Translations under genes and position numbers: made by a program
Source of the DNA: Elsinoe ampelina
Lineage: Eukaryota
DNA: 64,000 nucleotides
Reading direction: 5' to 3'
NCBI GenBank assembly: GCA_010093995.1
Contig: ML992502.1
Coordinates: 2,172,541-2,236,540, forward strand
Notes under the pieces: model-generated
Seen by the model: the letters and a program-made list of their open reading frames with translations, nothing else
Told to the model about the DNA's origin: nothing
The model's database searches: none
Shown: in pieces, positions 33,948-45,786 of the stretch
Layout of the letters: each line of letters opens with the position of its first letter
Numbering within the stretch: the first letter of the stretch is position 1

Positions 33948-36900
33948 TATAACAAAGGTAGAATATTAGAGCTAGAAAGACAAGTATATAGGAGTAGAAT
34001 AGGTGTTATACTAGTGTACCCTCGATTGTTATAAGACTAATCTCTACTCTATCTATTCTATAGATAAGGAGTATTTTATTCTTCTACGGAGAATAGTATC
34101 TCTAGGGTAAGCTAGTATAGTATACTTACTATATTAGTTCTTATAATTATTCTTCCCCTTCGAGAGGCACACTCTTACGCCTATAAGCCTTAATAAAACC
34201 TAGAAAACCTAGTATAGGAGAAAACTAGGAAAGAGTGTCTCGCTAGTGTCTCTTAGGCATAGTATACTCTTTATATATATAGCGCGCCTATAATAGCCTA
34301 TAATATTCTTTATATACTAGATGTAGTAATAATAGTATAATTCTTTATATATAAAATATAGCGCTCTTATGTTATTATCTTTATATATAAGAATCTATCT
34401 ATTATTATATACTACTACTTATTATTCTCCGGATTAGTCTTAGCTTAGAGTTAGATATATATTCTTCTCTTCTTCTTCTCTTCTTCTTTTCTTCTTTATA
34501 ATACTTCCTTCGTATAAGTATTCTACTTAATACTAGCTCTATACTTATATAGGTCTAATACTATACTAGTAACCTATTTTAGGTACTATATAGTATAGAC
34601 TAGGTCTTACTAGCCTAAGGGCTAGTAGGGGAGGCTTAGCGTATATACTAAGCCTATACTACTATAGATCTAGCTATCGGGCTTATCTATTTAGTTGTTT
34701 GTTTACTAACCTAGTATAGCACCTACGTAGTAATTTTTTTTCTCTTTATTATTCTAGCTCTACGCTAGCTTACCTCCTATACGCTTATATACTTTAATAA
34801 CTATAGCCCCTAAAGTTCCTAAGGAGTAAGTATTATATATAGCACTTACGCTATACCGGCGCTAACCCTTTATAGACCTTATAAGAGCAATTTTACTAAC
34901 TAGGACTAGTACTCTATACTATACTTACGCTACGCTATTACTATTAATAAGTACCTTTAGCTTAAAGACAGTATACTCTCTATTAAGGATTCTCTCTACT
35001 AGATTACTAAGGCTAAGGCTACCCACTATAATTGTTATAGTTATAGTAATAAATACTACTACTAGGTATACTCTACACCTACACTATATCTACTTTATAC
35101 TAACCTTAGTAGCTTACTAAGCTTAACTCTAAGGATTAAGTTACTACTAAGAAGCTCTAGGACAAATACTTCGCTATATATATACTACTTTATAATAACG
35201 CTACTACTTCTAAAAAGGACATTATTCTCCTAAAGCGCTAGATTACTACCTATACTAACTATGTATATAAGAAGGCTAGCGCTAAGCGTATATAGAGTAA
35301 GTCTAATACTAAGGGCAAGGGCAAGGTAGTTGATAAGAGTAATAGTAATAGTATAACTTCTTTATGCTATAATAGCGCTATTACTACGCCCTCTACTCCT
35401 AAAGTTAATACTAAGTAGCTAGTAAAGGCGCTATGCCTAGGTATAATTAGTAACACTAGCTTTATACTTAAGGCTTTAGTTAATTATATAAGTCTAGAAG
35501 TGCGCCCCTATAATGCCTAAGCTATACTAACTTTCTTATAGATAGTTACTAAGAACAAGTAAGCCGCTACTATATAGGCGATTAATAATGCTATAAGGGC
35601 GCTAACTAGGTATATTAATAGTATTAAGGAGAATAATAAGAATAAGACTAAGGTAGATAATGTAGATAGTTAAGGTAGAGAGAGCTAGAGCACTATACCT
35701 ATACTATGCCCTCTTTACTTCGGTATAATTCTATAGTTTTCGCTACGCTAGCGTTCTCTCTATATAAGTTAATAATACTCTAAGCTAACCTAGCGCTACG
35801 CCTAGGTGCTCTTTACTTTAAAATTTGTACCTTTAACTTATTAATCCTAAGTATATCTAGAGTATTTAGCTAGTACTATACTTACGCTAAGCTACCTCGT
35901 ATTTATATAGTAATTCCTTAGCGTTTATAAGGTTTTTTACTAGCTCCTATATACTTTCTTCTATAGGGTAACTCTACTACTTTACTAGGTAGTATAGTGC
36001 CTTTAGAGTACTAGTATAGCTCTTACCGAGGATATATTTAATAATGTATTCTTCTTACTCTTCTACCTCTAGAGGTAGTAGGTATATACTCTTACTACGC
36101 CTATATAGCTCTAGTAGTGTAATATTAAAGACATTATAGATTAGCTTTATTTTGTCTAGTAAGTGTAGCTTATACACCTATATACTAATTTGTTATATAA
36201 TTATAAATAGGCTAATATACTTAGCTAATAGCTTATAGCTAGGTCTAGCGCTACGAAGGTTCTTAGTACTAAGTATAACCTTATTACTATTATAGAAGAC
36301 TTTTGCTTGTTAATCTCTATTATAGGCTAGTACTTAGTCTTTCTATACTTTATATAGGTGTTAGGTAAGCTCTACACGCGTTTTAGTAATAGATTATACT
36401 TAGTTATTAACTAATAGGTTATACGCTAGCGTATAGCTAGGTAGCGCTAGCGCCTTAATGTTATTAAGTAGGTATATCTCCTACGTAAATAAGAACTATA
36501 CTAGCGTAGCGTATAGTAACACTTAATACGTGTTATTATATACGAATTATGCCTACTTAACCTAGTATAGCTAGTCCGTCTAGTAATAGTTAATAAAGTA
36601 GCGTAGGTACTACTCTAGCGTCTAGTTTTGCCTTTCGGTTTAGCTATCTATCTATAGATAGAAACTAGTACTAAGCTTACATTACACCTTCTAGCGCTAG
36701 TATAGCACACTCTAGAATTTACTTATAAAGATAGACTCTCTATCTAAGACTAGTGTCTTTAGCGTTCCGAATAATATTATAATATCTATTTTAAATAGAT
36801 TAGTAAAGTTCCTTATATTAAGCTTAGTCGATATTAGTATATAGATACTAAACTTAGATAAGTAATAGATATATACAATAATCGTATCTATAACAATACT

Positions 36901-39900
36901 AGGCTAGAGCTCTACTAAAGGTAAGCTAGTAATAAAATTAAGCAACTAGTGTTATAAGGCCTTAAGTATAGGCAGGATTAGTAAGAGTTATAGAAGGCTA
37001 TAAGGCTTATACTATATTGCCTTATACCTTTAGTAGCTATTATAGCGCTTAATATACACTTTCGTAGCGACGGATATACCTAGCTACTAGTACTTCCTCC
37101 TTATATTAAGGTAGGTCTTTATATAGCTAAAGTAACTCCCTAAGGGATTATTATAATTATACTATATAAGCTTTACTCTTAAGGTAGTTTCTTCTAGGAT
37201 ATATACTCTATCTCCGTTCCGGAGTAAGCTATTACTAGATAGGCTCTACTTAGGGGTAGTACTATTACTAGTCGAGGTTCTCTCTTTTAGAAGTTTCTAT
37301 TTCTTACTATAAGTAAAGGTATCTCTTTACTATACTACGTAGATAAGGTCCCGGAGTAATATAGGAGTAGAAGAAATATATATAGTCTTATCCGCTAGTA
37401 CTTACGTAGTATAGAGGTATATAATCTACTAACTTTAGTCTAAAATTATAACGGGCTTCCTACTAGAGGTGTCCTAGAGTTACGTAGGTGTTATACTATC
37501 TTTATGCCCTTAGCTCTCTATTATTTTCTAGGCGAGTAGTAGTACGTCCTAGGATACTAGAGTAGGTATATATCGTCCTAATTTAACGTTACTAGTTAGG
37601 CTTAGAGGGAGATTTACGTAAGTACTCTCTAGGCACTACTCTTCTTACTCTAGAGGCTCTAACTCTTCTTAGTATAGCTATAGCGCTTCTAAGGTAATAG
37701 GTAGACTTATAGGTACTATTCTAGAGATATACTAGAATTATATAAGCGCGTTATATTAGGGAGTAGTTTAAGGTATATAAGCTATACTAGCTTTATTACT
37801 ATCTTCCTAGGCTCTACTAGCCTTAGGTTTCTTATCTATAATAGATATAGGTATAACTCCTTTGCTTCGTATTTATAACGCTTACTCTAAAAAGGGAACT
37901 AATATATAGCACTCTTCTTATATATCTTCTTTGTACTTATAGTAGTTAGGCCTACGTAATAGGCTATTAGCTAGGTTAGTCTTTCTACTATAGTGCTAGA
38001 TAACAATGTTAAACTACGCTAGTACCTTAGCGTAGTAGGCCTAGCGTTATAAAAGCTTCTTAGTAGTTAGGAAATACCTAAGGTTATTATAGTTAGAGAG
38101 AACTTTAATTAAGGTAGTAGCGCTAAGTAGGTACTAGTACTAGTACTACGCTACTTCTACGATAGTAAGAAGCTCTTTATTATAGGTAGTATAGTTTAGT
38201 TCTATACCTTATAGCTTCTAGGACTAGAACGCTATAGAGTACTAGTGTTATATAGGGGTATTATCTTTATTTTACTAGGAGATTACTCTAGAGAGTATAA
38301 AATCTAAAGTGTTAGTCTCGAGCTAGAGAGACTTACCTAATAAAAAGTAGTATAGTATAGGCACTTACGTAAAGGTAGCTTTAAGCCTATTAAAGGCCTA
38401 TACTATATTATTACTCTATAGAAATAGGCCTACTTACTTCCCTTAGACTAACTCTTATATAAGTATAGTTAGTAGTAGCGCTACGTAAGAGAAGCTCTTA
38501 ATAAATTAATAATAGAAATTAGTAAATCCGAGAAAGGTTTATAACTCCTTAAGGCTAGTAGAGGTAGGCTAGTTAGTAACGGCTTATACCTAGGGCTACT
38601 CTATTACGACACTATCGCTACTAACGACATAGCTTAGAAATACTACCTATATTACCTTAAAGATATACTTCTTTAGTTTTATATAGAGGCTATTCTTACG
38701 TAGGTAGTCTAGTACGCTTCTAATAGCCTAGCGATACTCTTACTTATCGCTAGTGTAGATTAGAATGTCGTCTAGGTATATAATATAGTAGTAGTCTACT
38801 AAGCTACTTAAGTACTAATATATATAAGTCTAGAACGTAGCTAGAGTATTAGTAAGGCTAAAAGGTATAATAGTATATTTAAAGTAGCTATAGTAATAGC
38901 GGAATACTATCTTCTATTTATTACTATACTAGATATATACTCTATAGTAGACATCTATAAGGTCTAGCTTACTAAATAAGTATACGCTCTTAATATAATT
39001 AAGCATCTCGGCAATTAGAGGCAAGAGGTAATAGTTCTTAATAGTAATATTGTTTAGCCTATAATAGTTAATATATAGACGTAGTAAACTATTCTTCTTT
39101 AGAACAAATAGGATAGAAGACTCTATAGGGCTAGTACTATACTAGAGTTAACTCGTTACTAAGCTATTATCTATATACTCTTAAAGTACCTAAAGCTCCT
39201 TTTTACTAAGGGGATAGATAGGTCCTTAGAGTAGCTATTTCTTCTCTTTAATATTAATAGAGTAAGTAAAATTATTACTTAGTAGTACTATTACTACGCT
39301 CTTATTAAAAACATCTATATAGTTATTAAGCTAGTATAGTAGAGTTAGGGCGCTAGGTTTGTCCCGGCATATATATACTAGATAGAGCTAGGCGTTAGGC
39401 TAATTTAGCTCCTAGGAGAAGGAGAGTATATCTAGAATTAACACCTATATAGCGCTAGTGTAATACCTCTATATACTAGCGCTCTACTAAATCTTAGAGT
39501 TGTAGGATAATAGCTATAGTAGGTCTAATATAAGATTATAACTAGTTACATTAACGCTTTTAAACTACTAGTGTAACGCCTACGTTATTTCTTCGCTGTC
39601 CTTAATAGTAAAGGCTAACTTAGTATATCTATAGGTAGTTAATTCGTATTTGTCTAAGCTATATACTTAGTATACTACTAGGGGGTCGATAGTAATATAA
39701 TAGTATATAGCAAAATACTAGCTAATAAAGTTACTATCGGCGCTACTATCTATTAGAGCTACCCCTTTAATAGGGCCTTTAGGTAGGTTAACTATAACAT
39801 CGGCGCAAATTTAGTATATATTCTATGTTATACTAGGGCTACTTAGGATTAGTAAACGTAAGGACACTATCTATTTCGAAGAGTTCTTCTAGAGATAGTT

Positions 39901-41239
39901 TAGCGCCTAATAGTCTAGGCTCTTATAGATGTTATAAGAGTAAGTAGCGCTAGGTTAGAGAGCTATAGGGGTAGCGTTAGCGCTACTCTACTAGTTCTTT
40001 TAGCCCTTATAGTTTTCGTTATAGTAAGGCCTTTTAGTAAAAGTATTAGTCTTCTCTCTAGTATTATACTTATACTACCCCTATATAGGGTTAGAGTAGC
40101 CCGGTAGGTTCTACTCTAAACAGGATAGATGTACTAGAAGTTCTGCCTTAATTAGGGGTAGGTTCCCCTAATAGAGTACTTCCGAGCGTAGCTCTAGCGT
40201 AGTATAGGTAATAAGCTATATATAGTAGACGTTGTTCGGGAGCGGCGCTATCTTAATATAGAACTTACAACTATTAAGAAACGTATAGAAATTAGTAATT
40301 AACTATTCTCTATACTAGCGTAACGTAAAGAACTTTACTATATAGCTATTACTATAGTTTTTAGAACTCTAGGCTTAGTCCTAAAGCTAGGACTATATTA
40401 GGCTCTATAAGGGTATAACGCTAGTGCTCTTAGTATATAAGTTCTAATTGTAGCTAAGCTAACCTTTTAAGTAGCTAGTAGCTATATAGCACTAAGTAAC
40501 TTCTTTAAAGTAGATATTCGGCACTATCTTAAAGATATTATTATATATATGTATAAATTCCTTAACTCTTGCTATAATAGTAGACTCTAAGGCCTCGGGG
40601 TAGTATAAGTTTAGTATATACTCTTTTACAATTTATAGGTTTATTAGGCAAATATCGTTAAGTTATATATTATTAAAACAACTACGTAGCACTAGCGCTA
40701 TAACTAGAAAGCGACTACTAAGTATATTCTTAAGCTAAGTAATATAAGTAAGAAGCGCTTTATATATAGTATTATTTCCCGTGTTAGCTATACTTCCTAT
40801 AGGAGCTATATTAGCGCAGTATAGTCTTAGCACTAGCTCTTCCCTAGCCTAGTAATCTTTAATAGGAGTTATCTCTAGAGTTATAGCTAATTCGGTAAAT
40901 GTCTTGCTAATAGCTAAGCTATTAGAGAGTTATCTATACTAGTACTACTCTAGTAGTAGTTAGTCGTTTCGCTAGCGCTAAGTATAGAGTGCTATCTTAT
41001 CTATATAGCTCTATCTAATAGAATATAAAAGAGATTAGAATTATAACAAAGATAGAATATTAAAGCTAGAAAGACAAGTGTATAGGAGTAGAATAGGTAT
41101 TATACTAGTATACCCTCGATTATTGTAAGACTAATCTCTACTCTATCTATTCTATAGGCGAGAAGTGTTTTATTTTTCTACGGAGAATAGTATCTCTAGA
41201 GTAAGCTAGCGTAGCGTACTTACTACGTTAGTCCTTATA
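33948..41239 (-). mobile_element. Ty3/gypsy chromovirus family A, copy A1 (RIP'd; 198-bp LTRs 33948-34145 and 41042-41239; flanks do not form a TSD)
   Basis: Reverse complement of 45787-53080; PPT complement at ~34150-34160; flanks ATTCT / CTTAC. Confidence 0.92.
34803..35673 (+). pseudogene. RIP'd antisense accessory gene of gypsy A (3 exons, ~257 aa, Cys-rich N-terminus, KGKGK, acidic tail)
   Basis: Exons 34803-34825, 34876-35065, 35113-35673; introns GTAAGT..GCTAAC..TAG and GTATAC..TACTAAC..TAG. Internal stops are all TAA/TAG, i.e. RIP-compatible. Confidence 0.7.
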
Positions 41240-44200
41240 CTTACTTACTTACTATAGCGAATAAAACCTCTATAGAGAAGAATAGGAAAGTTACTTAGGA
41301 ACTATAAAACGTTATAATTAAAATCGAAATATACATAGAAAAACGATTAATTAATATAGTAGATATATAGTATAATATAGTACTTAGTATAGACTAGCTT
41401 TAATAATATAATCTAGACATAGACTAGATTAAAGAAACACTTAAATTTCCTAAGTATAATTATAGGACGTAGGGAGTATAATTAGCTCTATAGATACTAA
41501 CTGCAAAGATAGTATAGGTATAACTAATAGTTAGAGCTATTACTAGCGTAAGTAATTAAGTACTTCTACTAGAATATAAAGACTTTAAGGATTTGTTCGA
41601 AGAAAGATAAGGTATTATAGCCTTACTCTAATATAAACTATAGAATTATAAAATACTCTTTAAAGAGAGTAAATCCCTAATATACTATTAAGGTCTTATA
41701 CTACTATTAAAACAAGAGAAGAACGTCCTTAAGAACTATATCGATAAGTACCTACTTAAAGGATTTATATAACTATTAAAATTACCTATTACGTACGGAG
41801 TGCTTTTTATACCTAAAAAGAATAGAATATTACAAATATATATTAATTACTAAAAACTTAATATACTTACTAGGAAGAATTACTATCCCCTACTAAGAAT
41901 TAACGAACTTTAAGACTAACTACTTAGAGCTAAATAGTTTACTATAATTAATATTAGAGATGCTTATTATTAAGTATAAATAAAGGAGAGCGAAGAGTAG
42001 AAAATAGCTTTTAGAACGTAATAGAGTCTATATAAGTACCTCGTTATACTCTTTAGGTTAACTAATACTCCTATAACCTTCTAAGAGTTAATTAATAATA
42101 CTCTATAAGAATACCTTAACAACTTTATCTTAGTATATTTAGACAATATTATTATCTTCTTAAAGATATATAACAAATATATAAGACATATTTATAAGGT
42201 GCTATAGAAACTAAAAGAAAAAGACTTACTAGTAAAGCTCTTTAAGTATAAGTTTTATAAACATAAGATACAATTTCTAAGCTATGTTATATCTACTAAT
42301 AGCATTAAACCTAATCCGAAGAAGATTAAGTTAGTAAATAACTAGCTAGAACCTACTATAGTTAAGGAGGTTTAAGCACTACTAGGATTCTTTAACTACT
42401 ATTATAAGTTTGTTAAAGGATTCTCTAAGGTAGCTATACTAATATCTAACTTTATAAAGAAAGAAACTAGCTTTGTCTTTAACAAAAAGTATAGGTAGGC
42501 CTTTAAGGAGCTAAAGCTTAGGCTTATAATAGTACCTATCTTAGCACTCTTCGACCTAGACTAGTAAGCGCTACTAGAAATAGATGCCTTAGACTTTATA
42601 ATAGAAGTATATCTAGCATAGAAGAACGTAGAAGAATAATACTACCTAATTATATACTACTTACGAAAAATAACTAGACCTAAACTTAACTACGATATAT
42701 ACGATAAGGAGTTACTTATAATTATAGAAGTATTCTGCGAGTAGAGAGTATATCTAGAAGAAACAACCTTACCTATATAAGTTTATACTAACTATAAGAA
42801 CCTATTATATTAGACAACAACTAAGGTTCTTAATAGATAATAGGTTTAATAGTTAGAAACACTTATAAGCTATAACTTTTAGATCTACTATATTAAGGGA
42901 TTAAAGAATAGTAAAGTAGATGCTCTTAGCTAATAACTAAATTACTTAAAGAATATAACAATAATAAAGGCCTCTATACTAAAGTAGTAAGATAGCGCTC
43001 TAGTCTATAAGTACCCGAAGGTAAAGCAGTTATATAGCCTTACCTAGGAGCTTACGTAAGAACAGAAGAAAGAAGTTATTTAAATATACTATAACGACCT
43101 AATAGTGGAATATAGCAGAATCAATAAGACTATTAAACTTATTATATAAAACTACCTATAGAAAGAACTCTAAAACAATATTAAGATATATATCGCTATA
43201 TATAATATATACTATAAGTCTAAGCACTTACGACATAAGCTATATAGGCTATTATAACTCTTACTACTACTAGATAAACTATAGTAATTAGTTATAATAG
43301 ACTTTATAGGACCTCTACTACTATTAGAAGAACCTCTTATAGGTGTAAAGTATAATAGTATCCTAGTCCTAGTAGATAGATTTATAAAATATTACTACTT
43401 TATACTATATAAGATAATAGCAACTACCAAGGATATAGCCTTTACCTTTCTCTAAACAATTGTTTCGCGATATAGAGTACTATAAGACTTAATAACTAAT
43501 AGGGATAAGCTATTTACATTATAATTCTAGTAATTATTTATAGACCTACTAGGAGTTAAATATAAGCTATTAACCTTCTTTTATTTATAAATAGATAGAT
43601 AAACTAAATAGGCAAATTAAGTACTAGAGTAGTACCTATACTACTACCTAAACTATAAGTAAGACTTATAGGTAATACTATTACTACTCGCGGAGCTCGC
43701 TATTAATAATAGAAAGTTAGCTAATAGAATTTTACTATTTTACACGAACTATAGAATATACTTAGATCTATACTATAACACACTCGGAATTAAGCTAATA
43801 TCTAAGGATACTAATATACTAGTAGCTAACATTAAGAAACTATATAACTAGCTATACTACGATATAGTATTTATATTATAAAGAATAGTAGAGTTTACTA
43901 ACTAGAAGAGAATTACAGGACTAATTCTATAGGAGGGGGAGAAAGTTTACCTCCTTAGTAGAAATATTAAAACGAAATAACTAAGTAAGAAACTTAACTA
44001 CACTAAACTAGGACTCTTTAAGATCCTAGAAAAGAAAAACAAGAACGTATATAAACTAGAACTACTAAGACATATAAGGATCTATCTAGTCTTTTATATA
44101 TTACTACTAGAGAAAGTACTATAGAATACTATACCTAGACCTATTAAACTAGATAAAGAAACATAGGAGCTATAGTATAAGATTAAAAGAGTTTTACATT

Positions 44201-45487
44201 ATAAATCTATAAGGGGAAAGCGTTACTATCTTATCCACTAGAAAGAACATTAGTATAGTAAGGTAATATAGGAACTAGAGAAACACCTTACCTCGTAAGT
44301 AATTCTAGATTACTAGACTAAAAACCTATCCTAAGTAAACTAACTAGGTAGGCCTAACGCTACTAATACTAAACAAAAATAAGAATACCTAAGAAAGACT
44401 ACTTAGCTAATAGAAGTACTCTAATTGTTGCTAAATAAGGAACTCTAATCGGAGTTAGATATAAATAATTACTAGTCCTATAGTAGGATAGGATCTACTA
44501 ATAATAGTATTTCCTCCTACTCTAAGATTTAAATATAAGTCTCCTCTAGAGAGATTACTTTCTCTACCTTGTCCTTTAACTTTTATATCTCTTTATATAG
44601 GCAAAGCTTATTGCCTATAGCTCTTTAATAAGCCTCTTTTACCTTTTTATAAGCTTCTTTAGCTTTCTTTTTAGCGGCCTTAGCTATAACTAATTCCTTT
44701 TATAAATAAATATACTTAGACTAGAGACGCTACTATTCTAATTTTATTACTTAAATATTATAACTTAAGTAGTTACTTACGATATACTAGCTATAAATAC
44801 CCGACCGAATATAGACTTTATAGTCTAGCCCTTTTAACTTATAATAAGAGTAAGCTTATAGCATATTAGTTCTAAATAACTTAATAAACTCTAAGAGGTT
44901 CTTTTATATAGATATACTAGATTTACTATACCTTTAACGACTAGGAGGCATATTTAGTATATAGCGTAGAAGAATAAGAAAGAATACTTACTTATTAGAA
45001 CAACTCGATTAAAAGAGGAGAGTAATATTATAAACTAGTAGAACAGCTAGAGCGTAGAGACGTTAGGACTAATTAAACTACTAAGGTTATTACGTAACTT
45101 AGCTCGACATTTACTTAATTCTCTATTGTCTCTAGCGGCTCTACCCTAGAGACTATAGAGCGTATAGGTTACTAGTGGATATATACTCTATATTACTCCT
45201 AACTCTCGCTATAGAGTATATAGAGTATATAGAGTATATAGTAAAGAATACATATATATAGAAATAGTCCTTACCTTATATAAGTACTATAGTTAACCTT
45301 GTCTAGATAGCGAACACTAGTATTACTAAGGCTAGCCTTTATAATACTATCTAATTATACTTTATTATCTATAAGACATACCTTCTCTAACTCTTACCTT
45401 AGTACTATACTACTATAGAAGTAGAACTACCTCGTTCTTAGCTTAGCTTAGACTACTAACGTAGGCTATATTAGATAGTTCGTAATA
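41240..45487 (+). mobile_element. Ty3/gypsy chromovirus family B, 5'-truncated (part of PR, RT, RH, IN, chromodomain, PPT, 462-bp 3' LTR 45026-45487)
   Basis: Degenerate YPLPRIDEL (~41881), KTAFRT, YLDDI (~42135), chromodomain ~44170-44290, PPT 45011-45022, LTR ends tattataaac...gttcgtaata. Confidence 0.9.
44403..44951 (-). pseudogene. RIP'd antisense accessory gene of gypsy B: Zn(II)2Cys6-like motif followed by a coiled coil (~182 aa; stop uncertain)
   Basis: Intact ATG at 44951; TAY codons (RIP'd TGY) at codons 34, 37, 44, 53, 56 and 64; E/K/A-rich helical segment follows. Confidence 0.65.
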
Positions 45488-45786
45488 CTACGCTATACCT
45501 CCTTTACTTCGGTATAATTCTATAGTTTTTACTACGCCGGCGTTCTTTCTATATAAGCTAATAATACCTCGAGCTAGTCTAGTACTACGCCTAGGTACTC
45601 TTTACTTTAAAATTTATACCTTTAACTTATTAATCCTAAGTATGTCTAGAGTGTTTAGCTAGTACTATACTTACGCTAAGCTACCTTATATTTATATAGT
45701 AATTCCTTAGCGTTTATAAGGTTTTTTACTAGCTCCTATATACTTTCTTCTATAGAGTAACTCTACTACTTTACTAGGTAGTGTAG

